From positions 1-21,080 of the forward strand of contig JASLDB010000007.1 in NCBI GenBank assembly GCA_030151665.1: a stretch of 21,080 nt of DNA, in the 5' to 3' direction. Shown piece by piece: positions 1-7,745 of the stretch. How positions within the stretch are numbered: the stretch's first letter is position 1; every line of letters begins with the position of its first letter. The translations under genes were made by a program, and so were the position numbers. This DNA comes from Neisseriaceae bacterium (lineage in GTDB: Bacteria; Pseudomonadota; Gammaproteobacteria; Burkholderiales; Neisseriaceae). Under the pieces are notes generated by a model. The model searched no databases, was not told where the DNA came from, and worked only from the letters and a program-made list of their open reading frames with translations.

Positions 1-178
1 AGTTTGTCATGCATGGTAAATACTCATTTTGTTTAAGAGCTGTTTAATATTGGTAATTGCTTTGAAAATACCGTTAATAAAACAATCATGTCGCTTTCAA
101 TTTTCAACAGCTCTTAATCGAAGTTCATGAAAAATGAGCATTTACACAAAATGTTTTTTAAATAGTCTTGTTGATTGT

Positions 179-718
179 TTAAAATCGCAAACCCACGCCA
201 ATATTAAAGGCGTGCATGTTTTTGTCTTTTTGACCATTGTGGGCTTTACTGCCTTCATAACCCACATCAACCACCATGTTTTTGACTGGATTGATTTGAA
301 TACCAGCGCCATAGGCAAACGCGGTTTTATTGTGGTCTTTTTTAAAGCCATTGTTGCCACCAACTTCAATCTTGGTTTTGGATTTTGCGGCACCCGCTAA
401 ACCATAAACACTGACAACTTCATTGATGCGGTAGCTTGGACCGACCAAAAGTGAAGCATAACTGGTATCGCGCTTGTTTTTGCCAAACTGATTGTAGGGT
501 GCAACATTGTCTTTTTTACCAGACATAAAAGAGCTTGCTGCCATTACACCCAATTTGTCATTTAATTCATAACGGTATTTGATATTGACACCATTTAAAG
601 TATTGCCATCAGCGACTTTACCTTGAGTGTAACCAATAGAAAGATTATTGTTTTGAGCTTGAGCCAAGCTTGCAGATAAGCAAGTCGTAAACAATAAAAG
701 ACTGGTGATTTTTTTCAT
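179..718 (-). CDS. Ail/Lom/OmpX-family outer-membrane beta-barrel protein (8-stranded OMP)
   Basis: The N-terminus (MKKITSLLLFTTCLSASLAQA) is a Sec signal peptide. The mature protein aligns by eye with OmpX/Ail motifs (NIKYRYE, LLVGPSYRIN, AYGAGIQINP, terminal GVGLRF with C-terminal Phe). The second ATG (718) is preferred over the first (721) because an AAGGAA RBS lies 5 nt upstream of it. Confidence 0.8.
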   Translation of the reverse strand: MKKITSLLLFTTCLSASLAQAQNNNLSIGYTQGKVADGNTLNGVNIKYRYELNDKLGVMAASSFMSGKKDNVAPYNQFGKNKRDTSYASLLVGPSYRINEVVSVYGLAGAAKSKTKIEVGGNNGFKKDHNKTAFAYGAGIQINPVKNMVVDVGYEGSKAHNGQKDKNMHAFNIGVGLRF

Positions 719-923
719 CATGATTCCTTGAATATTAAAAAGTATTCATATTTCGTTTCAGGAATATTATGCAATGTGCTGATAAAATACACTGTCTATG
801 CTTTGTCTGTTTTTCTTGTCTAGAACATGACATTGATTGGATGTGATTTTTTAAATACTTCATAAAACTGTCATGATTTATTGATACGATGGTCGGGTGA
901 TATGAAAATACTTTCTTTGATAA

Positions 924-949
924 CCAGTGCTTAGGTGCTGGTTTTTTTT
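924..949 (+). other. Orphan terminator-like hairpin (CCAGUGC-UUAG-GUGCUGG followed by 8 U) in the ABC-operon leader region
   Basis: Seen directly in the sequence. No plus-strand gene lies upstream of it. Confidence 0.4.
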
Positions 950-988
950 ATTGGGAAAATGAATGATTAGGGTGCTTGATTCATATAA

Positions 989-1017
989 TTGTCAAAAATT
1001 TGTCATTATTTTGTCAT
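989..1017 (+). promoter_or_regulatory. Pho box: three 7-bp TTGTCA(A/T) direct repeats at 11-bp phasing (TTGTCAA aaat TTGTCAT tatt TTGTCAT) in the -35 region of the ABC operon promoter
   Basis: Seen directly in the sequence. It matches the PhoB-binding consensus CTGTCAT-N4-CTGTCAT. A possible -10 lies about 11 bp downstream (AACAAT, 1028..1033). A weaker half-site, CTGTCATgattTATTGAT, lies at 868..885. Confidence 0.6.
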
Positions 1018-1069
1018 GATAACTGTGAACAATGAGCACACCTTTGATGACTTTATTTGGTTAACGAAC

Positions 1070-2182
1070 ATGAATGCAAAATGGATTTATCGCAGTTTAT
1101 TGGTGTTGCCTTTGTTGGCAGCGTGTGGTGGTGACAATGCAGCCAAAACAGAAACGGCCAGCAAAGAGGCCAGTACAGTGGCTGTGGCTGAGGTTGAAAC
1201 CGTGGCCAGTATCACGGAAAAAGCCAAACAAGAAGGAAGTGTTAATAGCGTAGGCATGCCAGACACCTGGGCAAACTGGAAAGGCACTTGGGCTGATATC
1301 GCTCAAGAATATGGCTTGAAACACCAAGATACGGACATGAGTTCAGCGCAAGAAATTGCCAAGTTTGCAGCAGAAAAAAACAATGCCACGGCTGATATTG
1401 GCGATGTGGGCATTTCATTTGGCCCGATTGCTGTGCAACAAGGTGTAACACAGGCTTATAAAACCAGCAATTGGGATCAAATTCCAGATTGGGCCAAAGA
1501 CAAAGATGGCCATTGGGTTGTTGGTTACACAGGCACCATTGCTTTTATCGTGAATAAAGACTTGGTTAAAGATGTGCCTCGCAGTTGGGCAGACTTGAAA
1601 AATGGCAAATACAAGGTGACAGTGGGTGATGTATCCAGCGCCAGTCAAGCGGTTAATGGTGTTTTGGCAGCTAACTACGCTTTGGGTGGTACAGAAGCCG
1701 ATTTAACACCTGCGTTGAATTATTTTGCTGATTTGGCTAAACAAAAACGCTTGGGCATGGTTGACCCTGTGATTGCCAATTTGGAAAAAGGTGAAATCGA
1801 AGTGGCAGTGGTGTGGGATTTTAATGGTTTGAATTATCGAAACCAAATTAATCCTGAGCGATTCGAAGTGCTGATTCCATCGGATGGCTCGGTGATTTCG
1901 GGCTATGCAACCATTATCAATAAATACGCAAAAAATCCCAATGCTGCGAAATTAACCCGAGAGTTTATTTTGTCAGATAAAGGTCAATTGAACTTGGCTC
2001 AAGGCTTTGCCAGACCGATTCGTGCAGAGCATTTAACCATTCCTGAAGATATTCAGAAAAAACTGTTACCAAGCGAACAATATGCCAAAGCCAAACCCAT
2101 TAGCGATTTTGCCACTTGGGAAAAAACAGCCAAAGCATTACCAGGCTTGTGGCAGCAAAAAGTTTTGATTCACCAACAATAA
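1070..2182 (+). CDS. ABC transporter periplasmic substrate-binding lipoprotein (solute-binding family 1, PotD/PhnS/FbpA-like)
   Basis: The ORF-track N-terminus begins at a TTG and overlaps the Pho box. The real start is the ATG at 1070 (MNAKWIYRSLLVLPLLAACGG). This gives a lipoprotein signal with a lipobox Cys, followed by a typical family-1 SBP sequence. Confidence 0.85.
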   Translation: MNAKWIYRSLLVLPLLAACGGDNAAKTETASKEASTVAVAEVETVASITEKAKQEGSVNSVGMPDTWANWKGTWADIAQEYGLKHQDTDMSSAQEIAKFAAEKNNATADIGDVGISFGPIAVQQGVTQAYKTSNWDQIPDWAKDKDGHWVVGYTGTIAFIVNKDLVKDVPRSWADLKNGKYKVTVGDVSSASQAVNGVLAANYALGGTEADLTPALNYFADLAKQKRLGMVDPVIANLEKGEIEVAVVWDFNGLNYRNQINPERFEVLIPSDGSVISGYATIINKYAKNPNAAKLTREFILSDKGQLNLAQGFARPIRAEHLTIPEDIQKKLLPSEQYAKAKPISDFATWEKTAKALPGLWQQKVLIHQQ

Positions 2183-2194
2183 GGCTGTTTGACG

Positions 2195-2992
2195 ATGAAG
2201 GTGATTTTAGTGGTATTGGATGGTTTAAACGCTGATGTGGCAGAAAATAATATGGGTTTTTTGAGTGCAATGTGCCAAGAAAAACTCGGTCGTTATTACC
2301 GTTTACAATGCGAGTTACCATCCATGTCACGGCCTTTGTACGAATGCATCTTAACGGGTGTGAAGCCCGTTAAGAGCGGCATTGTACACAATGGTGTGAC
2401 CAGATTATCCTATGAAAAAAGTATTTTCCATTATGCAAAGCAAGCGGGGCTTAAAACAGCGGCTGCGGCATACCATTGGGTGAGCGAGCTTTACAATGCA
2501 TCGCCTTTTGTTGCCCATTTGCACCGACACACTGCCAATGAAGATTTACCCATTCAATATGGTCATTTTTATTATGAAGATCATTATCCCGATTCACATT
2601 TGTTTGATGATGCGGAACACTTGCGTTTAACATATTCCCCCGATTTTTTATTGGTTCATCCCATGAATATTGACGATGCAGGGCACCGTGCAGGTTTGGA
2701 TTCGATGAAATACCGCAACAGTGCGCGCCAAGCTGACACGTTGCTATCATATTATTTGCAAGATTGGCTAGCGGATGGTTACCAAGTATTGGTCACTGCT
2801 GACCATGGCATGAACAATGACCAAAGTCATGGTGGTATTTTGCCAGAGGAGCGGGCAGTACCTTTATTTGTATTCGGTTCGGCTTTTTCGATGGCAGATG
2901 CGACTGTGGCACAAACCGAGTTATGTGGAACCATGGCTGAAATTTTGGCTGTTAAACACGATAAACCCATTTGCAAAGCTTTATTAAAATGA
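2195..2992 (+). CDS. Alkaline-phosphatase-superfamily enzyme (type I phosphodiesterase / nucleotide pyrophosphatase-like), embedded in the ABC operon
   Basis: It has an N-terminal metal-site motif (VILVVLDGLNAD) and a later TADHGMNND motif (DHG metal ligands), both typical of the AP/NPP superfamily. The ORF track starts at TTG 2189, so the ATG at 2195 was chosen as the start. An AAGG lies upstream. Confidence 0.75.
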   Translation: MKVILVVLDGLNADVAENNMGFLSAMCQEKLGRYYRLQCELPSMSRPLYECILTGVKPVKSGIVHNGVTRLSYEKSIFHYAKQAGLKTAAAAYHWVSELYNASPFVAHLHRHTANEDLPIQYGHFYYEDHYPDSHLFDDAEHLRLTYSPDFLLVHPMNIDDAGHRAGLDSMKYRNSARQADTLLSYYLQDWLADGYQVLVTADHGMNNDQSHGGILPEERAVPLFVFGSAFSMADATVAQTELCGTMAEILAVKHDKPICKALLK

Positions 2993-3831
2993 AAAACAAG
3001 TCGTTTTATGGCTTTGCTTTACTAAGCAGTTTGCCATTTCTTTCTTTGTTGTTGCTTTTTTTGATTGCGCCATTATGGTGGGTGGTTATTAGTGCGTTTC
3101 AAAACACAGACGGTGTTTGGACTTTGTCTTGGTTTAAAGAAGTTTTTGGTAACCCGTTTTACCAACAAGCATTCACAACATCATTGAAAATCAGCCTGTG
3201 GCCCAGTGTGATTGGTTTATTGCTTGGGTTTGCTGGGGCATTTTCCTTGTACCGCATCGCTGATACCATTTTTGGTAAAGCGGTTTTGTCCTTAATGAGT
3301 GTTTTGAGTAATTTTACCGGTGTGCCATTGGCTTTTGCTTTTATGATTATTTTGGGCAGCAATGGGGTGATTACCATTTTACTAAGCATGGTGGGCATTA
3401 ATAACCTATTGGATATTTATGGCATGTCAGGCTTGGTGGTGGTGTATGCCTATTTTCAAATTCCATTGGCCATTTTGTTGTTGTACCCTGCCATTGAAAG
3501 CCTAAAAGATGAATGGCAAGAAAGTGCTGCTTTATTGGGGGCAGGTAAATGGACATATTTTCGATTGGTGGCCTTGCCTGTTTTAATGCCTGCGTTATTG
3601 GCAACATTTGTGGTGTTGTTTGCCAATGCCTTAGGCACTTATGCCACGACTTATGCCTTGACCACTGGGAACTTTAATATTTTGTCGATACGCATAGCTT
3701 CTTTGGTGGCGGGGAATTTTTCGCTTGAACCCAATTTGGCTGCTGCCATTGCAGTGTTATTAATGTTGATTATGTTGTTAACGACACTATTGCAGCATTG
3801 GTTGCAACGCCGTTGGAGACATGTTTTATGA
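2989..3831 (+). CDS. ABC transporter permease (PotB/PhnU-like, EAA loop ESAALLGAGKWTYFRLVALP)
   Basis: The protein is multi-pass hydrophobic with an EAA motif. The ATG at 2989 overlaps the upstream TGA (ATGA coupling), and the ORF-track start at 2971 is a TTG. Confidence 0.85.
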   Translation: MKNKSFYGFALLSSLPFLSLLLLFLIAPLWWVVISAFQNTDGVWTLSWFKEVFGNPFYQQAFTTSLKISLWPSVIGLLLGFAGAFSLYRIADTIFGKAVLSLMSVLSNFTGVPLAFAFMIILGSNGVITILLSMVGINNLLDIYGMSGLVVVYAYFQIPLAILLLYPAIESLKDEWQESAALLGAGKWTYFRLVALPVLMPALLATFVVLFANALGTYATTYALTTGNFNILSIRIASLVAGNFSLEPNLAAAIAVLLMLIMLLTTLLQHWLQRRWRHVL

Positions 3832-4616
3832 GTAAGAATCGCTCAAAATGGCCGCATTATTTATTTTTGGGCTTCTTGTCCTTAATCTTGTTGTTGCCTG
3901 TCGTAGCAACCTTAATGTATGCGGTGGCCGTTGATTGGGGTGCAACTTTGTTACCTAAAGGCTGGACGCTGTCTTGGTTGACTGAGTTGTGGGCTGATCG
4001 GCGTTTTCTGATTTCGTTTCGCAATTCGTTGGTAATTTGTACCGCTTCGGCCTTTTTAACGATAGCAGTGTGTTTACCTGTGTTGTTGTGGGTGCACACA
4101 CGATTTACACGATTGGCAGGGACATTGAATGCAGTGGTTGCCTTGTCTTTCTCTGTGCCGCCTGTGGTGGCTTCTGTTGGGTTATTGCAATTGTACAGCG
4201 GTGATCCATTGCCTTTAACAGGCACGGCTTGGATTTTATTGGGCTGTTATTTCACCATTGCTTTGCCATTTGTGTACCGAGCCATCGACAACAATATGCG
4301 GGCTTTGAATGTTAAAGAGTTGGTCGATGCGGCAGAGTTACTGGGCGCATCCAGTCTTAAAGCATTGTGGTATGTGATTTTACCCAATTTGAAAAATGGC
4401 TTATTGGTGGCGTTTTTGATTTCATTGTCATTTTTGATGGGGGAATTTGTTTTTGCCAATTTATTGGTGTGTGGACAGTTCGAAACCATGCAAGTGTATT
4501 TGTACAGTATTAAAAACATGTCAGGACATTATTCCAGTGCCTTGGTGGCATCGTATTTTGTCATTATTTTGTTGCTAACCTTTTTGGTTAGCTTATTGAA
4601 TCCTGCAAAGAAGTAG
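3828..4616 (+). CDS. ABC transporter permease (PotC/PhnV-like, EAA loop DAAELLGASSLKALWYVILP)
   Basis: The protein is multi-pass hydrophobic with an EAA motif. The ATG at 3828 overlaps the upstream stop at 3829..3831 (ATGA coupling). Confidence 0.85.
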   Translation: MSKNRSKWPHYLFLGFLSLILLLPVVATLMYAVAVDWGATLLPKGWTLSWLTELWADRRFLISFRNSLVICTASAFLTIAVCLPVLLWVHTRFTRLAGTLNAVVALSFSVPPVVASVGLLQLYSGDPLPLTGTAWILLGCYFTIALPFVYRAIDNNMRALNVKELVDAAELLGASSLKALWYVILPNLKNGLLVAFLISLSFLMGEFVFANLLVCGQFETMQVYLYSIKNMSGHYSSALVASYFVIILLLTFLVSLLNPAKK

Positions 4617-4626
4617 TGAGCGATCC

Positions 4627-5628
4627 ATGGCGTATTTACAAGTGAAAGCTGCGCACAAAGCGTATCAAGACAAAGTGGTGTTAAACCACATTGAGTTAAG
4701 TGTGGATCAAGGTGAGTTTGTGACATTGTTAGGCCCCAGTGGTTGTGGTAAATCCACATTGTTGCGTGCTATTGCAGGTTTAAACCCTTTAGACAGTGGC
4801 AGCATTGTGTTAAATGGTCGTGATATTACCCATGCAACACCACAAAAACGAAATATTGCCATGGTTTTTCAGCATTATGCTTTGTTTCCCAATATGACAG
4901 TAAGCCAAAATGTAGGCTTTGGCTTGAAGATGAAAAAACAAAACAAATCAGTTATCCAAGACAAAGTCTTGGCAATGTTGGATTTGGTGGCGTTAAGCGA
5001 ACACAGCCATAAACACCCACATGAATTGTCGGGTGGGCAAAAGCAGCGTGTGGCATTGGCACGAGCTTTGGTCACAGAGCCTGATTTATTGTTATTGGAT
5101 GAACCGTTGTCTGCATTGGATGCCAAAATTCGCAAAAGTTTGCGTGAGCAAATTGGGCGCATTCAACGCCAGTTAAATTTGGCAACGATTTTTGTGACCC
5201 ACGATCAAGAAGAGGCTTTGACCATGTCTGATCGAGTGGTGTTGATGCAAGGCGGCAATATTGCAGAAAATGCCACGCCTGAAAACTTATACCGTCTGCC
5301 ATCCAGTCAATTTTCAGCAGAGTTTATTGGACATTATAATTTACTCACGGCCCAAGACTTGCAATTGGACAATGAAAAAAGCAATCGTTTGTTTGCCATT
5401 CGCCCTGAAACCATCGGTTTACATCGGGTAACGGGTCAGCAGGCGGCGGTGATTGTGGGCAGAACATTGTTGGGCAATGTGGTGCGTTACCAAGCCCAAA
5501 CAGAGCGAGGGCTTTTGTTAAATTGTGATGTGCTCAATGTGGGTGAGATGGCATCGTTGCAAATGGGTGATGCAGTGTTTTTGAGCATGAATCAACAAGA
5601 TTTGGTGGCATTGCCTTTGGCTAGCTAG
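4627..5628 (+). CDS. ABC transporter ATP-binding protein (PotA/FbpC/PhnT-like, with C-terminal TOBE-type domain)
   Basis: The sequence carries Walker A (GPSGCGKST), an ABC signature (LSGGQKQRVALARAL), Walker B (LLLLDE) and an H-loop (VTHD). A C-terminal extension of about 100 aa is typical of importer ATPases of this family. Confidence 0.9.
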   Translation: MAYLQVKAAHKAYQDKVVLNHIELSVDQGEFVTLLGPSGCGKSTLLRAIAGLNPLDSGSIVLNGRDITHATPQKRNIAMVFQHYALFPNMTVSQNVGFGLKMKKQNKSVIQDKVLAMLDLVALSEHSHKHPHELSGGQKQRVALARALVTEPDLLLLDEPLSALDAKIRKSLREQIGRIQRQLNLATIFVTHDQEEALTMSDRVVLMQGGNIAENATPENLYRLPSSQFSAEFIGHYNLLTAQDLQLDNEKSNRLFAIRPETIGLHRVTGQQAAVIVGRTLLGNVVRYQAQTERGLLLNCDVLNVGEMASLQMGDAVFLSMNQQDLVALPLAS

Positions 5629-5650
5629 TTTGATTCACGGATTTAATAGC

Positions 5651-5704
5651 ATAAACAAAACCAAGCTGTTGTGCGACTGAGCATAACAGCTTGGTTTTGT
5701 TTAT
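5651..5704 (+). terminator. Rho-independent terminator: perfect 20-bp inverted repeat (ATAAACAAAACCAAGCTGTT / AACAGCTTGGTTTTGTTTAT) with a 14-nt loop and a T-rich tail
   Basis: Seen directly in the sequence. It sits immediately after the ABC ATPase stop. Confidence 0.8.
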
Positions 5705-5742
5705 GGTCATGACGAAATAATGTTAAGATGGATTGGTTGTGA

Positions 5743-6498
5743 ATGCCAAAAGATAGGTTTATGTTTGCCAAAATTCAAGAAAAACTCCAAGTCATTGCCG
5801 AGGAAAAGGCAATTCGTTTTTTATTCGTTGCCGAAAGTGGTAGCCGGGCATGGGGCTTTGCCTCTACTGATAGCGATTATGATGTTCGGGGTATTTATGT
5901 TCAATCCCAAGAAGCATACTTGTGTATCCAGCATGAGGAAGAGGGTTTTGATTGGATAGAGAATGATTGGTTTGACGTGGGTGCATGGGATATTCGAAAA
6001 ACCTTGCGTTTACTGAGTAAATCCAATGCCGTGGTGTTAGAGTGGTTGCAATCGCCTATTGTTTATCAAACAGAGGGCAATGTACAACAAGCATTATTGG
6101 ATTTGGCTCAGGCTTTTAGCCAGCCGCGTCATTTGCTTTATCACTATCGGGGAATCGCAAAAACAGCCAGCAGTGCTTTTGTTAATGATGCCATTCGTTT
6201 GAAAAAATGGTTTTATATCATTCGACCTTTATTGGCGGCACGTTGGGTGGTTAAAGAAGGTGGTATTGCGCCCATGACTTTGGCGCAATTGCAAACCCAG
6301 TTGCCGATTGCAGAGCAAACTTTGCTAACAGATTTGGTGGCATTCAAAGAAGAACAAAGCGAGGAGTATGTGTGGCAGATGGGGCGTGATTATCAGCAAT
6401 TATTGACCCGATTGTGGGATGAGACTCAGGTGGAGCTGCCGATCAAAGATGTGCCCAATATAGCCTTACTAGATGAATGGTTTAGGACACAATTATGA
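5743..6498 (+). CDS. Pol-beta-superfamily nucleotidyltransferase (predicted-nucleotidyltransferase / RlaP-like family), paralog 1
   Basis: The N-terminal motif ESGSRAWGFASTDSDYDVRGIY fits the minimal NTase signature GS-x9-11-D-x-D (hG[GS] plus two catalytic Asp), followed by a helical C-terminal region. An alternative start is possible at 5761. Confidence 0.65.
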   Translation: MPKDRFMFAKIQEKLQVIAEEKAIRFLFVAESGSRAWGFASTDSDYDVRGIYVQSQEAYLCIQHEEEGFDWIENDWFDVGAWDIRKTLRLLSKSNAVVLEWLQSPIVYQTEGNVQQALLDLAQAFSQPRHLLYHYRGIAKTASSAFVNDAIRLKKWFYIIRPLLAARWVVKEGGIAPMTLAQLQTQLPIAEQTLLTDLVAFKEEQSEEYVWQMGRDYQQLLTRLWDETQVELPIKDVPNIALLDEWFRTQL

Positions 6499-7544
6499 AT
6501 TTGGACATTCATGCTATTCGTCCATATTTATTGTTGGAATGTATTTCTGGCAGTAAAGCGTATGGTCTTGATACCGAAACATCGGACACCGATTTAAAAG
6601 GGGTGTTTTACTTACCCAAAGCCATGTGGCTGCGCGGCGAATATGTGGCGCAAGTGAGCAATGATACCAATGATGAAGTGTATTATGAATTGGGTCGATT
6701 CATTGAGTTGCTGTGTGAGTCCAATCCCAGCATGTTGGAATTGCTGCACGCACCGTCAGAAACCATTTTGTATCGCCATGCCATAATGGACCAATTGAAA
6801 AATGACTGGTTTGTGAGTCAGGCGTGTCAAGAGCGGTTTGCAGGCTATGCCATGGGGCAATTGAAAAAAGCGATAGGCTTGAATAAAAAAGCCTTGAATC
6901 CGATGAGCCATGAGAAAAAAAGCTTGTGGTCGTTTTGCTATGTGTTAATGGATGGCCAGAGTATGGCATTGCCAGATTGGTTGGCAAAAAATCAATATGC
7001 CAAAGAAAATATTGGTTTAAGTAAGGTGGCACATGCGCGTGATATTTATGCCATGTACCATGGTGAAAATATGGGGTTTTTGGGCATCGAAAATGGTTCC
7101 AATGCCAAAGAGTTAACCACCAGTAGCATTCCCAAGGGAATGCCTTGTGTGGGTTATTTGAGCATGAATCTCGATGGCTTTAGCAGCTATTGCAAAGAGT
7201 ATCAGTCATATTGGCAATGGATGAAAGAGCGCAACAGCAGTCGCTATGCCAGTAATCAAACTGGCTATGATTGTAAAAACATGATGCACACTTTTCGGTT
7301 ATTGCAATCAGCATTGCATATTGGCAAAACAGGGCAGGTACAAGTGCGAAGTGAGGCGCGCGAAGCATTATTGGCCATTAAATCTGGGCAATATGCGTAT
7401 GATGAACTAATGAGTCAAGCACAAGATTTGATGCAACAAGTGGCTTTGGCATTTGAAAACAGTGTTTTACCACAGGATATTGAGCGAGAAACTGCTAAAA
7501 ATGCTTTGGCAGACATGAGATCTATTTTGTATAACATGGGGTAA
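6495..7544 (+). CDS. Pol-beta-superfamily nucleotidyltransferase, paralog 2 (349 aa), translationally coupled to paralog 1
   Basis: It has the motif ISGSKAYGLDTETSDTDLKGVFY, the same signature as the upstream gene. There is an ATGA start/stop overlap at 6495..6498. The C-terminal domain is larger. Confidence 0.65.
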   Translation: MNLDIHAIRPYLLLECISGSKAYGLDTETSDTDLKGVFYLPKAMWLRGEYVAQVSNDTNDEVYYELGRFIELLCESNPSMLELLHAPSETILYRHAIMDQLKNDWFVSQACQERFAGYAMGQLKKAIGLNKKALNPMSHEKKSLWSFCYVLMDGQSMALPDWLAKNQYAKENIGLSKVAHARDIYAMYHGENMGFLGIENGSNAKELTTSSIPKGMPCVGYLSMNLDGFSSYCKEYQSYWQWMKERNSSRYASNQTGYDCKNMMHTFRLLQSALHIGKTGQVQVRSEAREALLAIKSGQYAYDELMSQAQDLMQQVALAFENSVLPQDIERETAKNALADMRSILYNMG

Positions 7545-7584
7545 AACCATGCCTATTGTAAATACAATACAAACTGATGCAATG

Positions 7585-7619
7585 AAGCCACTAGCATGTT
7601 GTTAGTGGCTTGTTTTTTA
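7585..7619 (+). terminator. Rho-independent terminator (AAGCCACTA / TAGTGGCTT stem, 9-nt loop, TTTTTT tail)
   Basis: Seen directly in the sequence. It lies downstream of the second nucleotidyltransferase gene, in a convergent intergenic region. Confidence 0.7.
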
Positions 7620-7745
7620 TGGTTCAAAAGGGTGTATTGGCTTTTGATGCAATAGGGCACTGTTAGGCAGTTTATGAGTACTCAGCTAGATTGTAGAACC
7701 ATCATGTTGGCGGGACATTTGAGTCAAGTACGCATCAAGCCAGGT

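Noticed and set aside
134-400. Plus-strand 88-aa ORF (and the minus-strand 83-aa ORF at 142..393) overlapping the OMP gene
   Set aside because: They are fully embedded in a well-supported OmpX/Ail-like gene on the opposite strand or in another frame. They have no RBS and a hydrophobic, low-complexity translation.
989-1069. ORF-track N-terminal extension of the substrate-binding protein (TTG start at 989)
   Set aside because: The region is the Pho-box promoter. The lipoprotein signal peptide begins at the ATG at 1070.
5720-5959. 79-aa plus-strand ORF
   Set aside because: It overlaps the nucleotidyltransferase gene in another frame. Its translation looks like out-of-frame coding sequence.
5743-7544. 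Interpretation of the NTase pair as an MNT-HEPN or AbiEii/MenT-type toxin-antitoxin
   Set aside because: Both proteins are too large at 251 and 349 aa. They lack the AbiEii R-x-T-x-D-h-D motif and have no small HEPN partner. Both genes also encode NTases.
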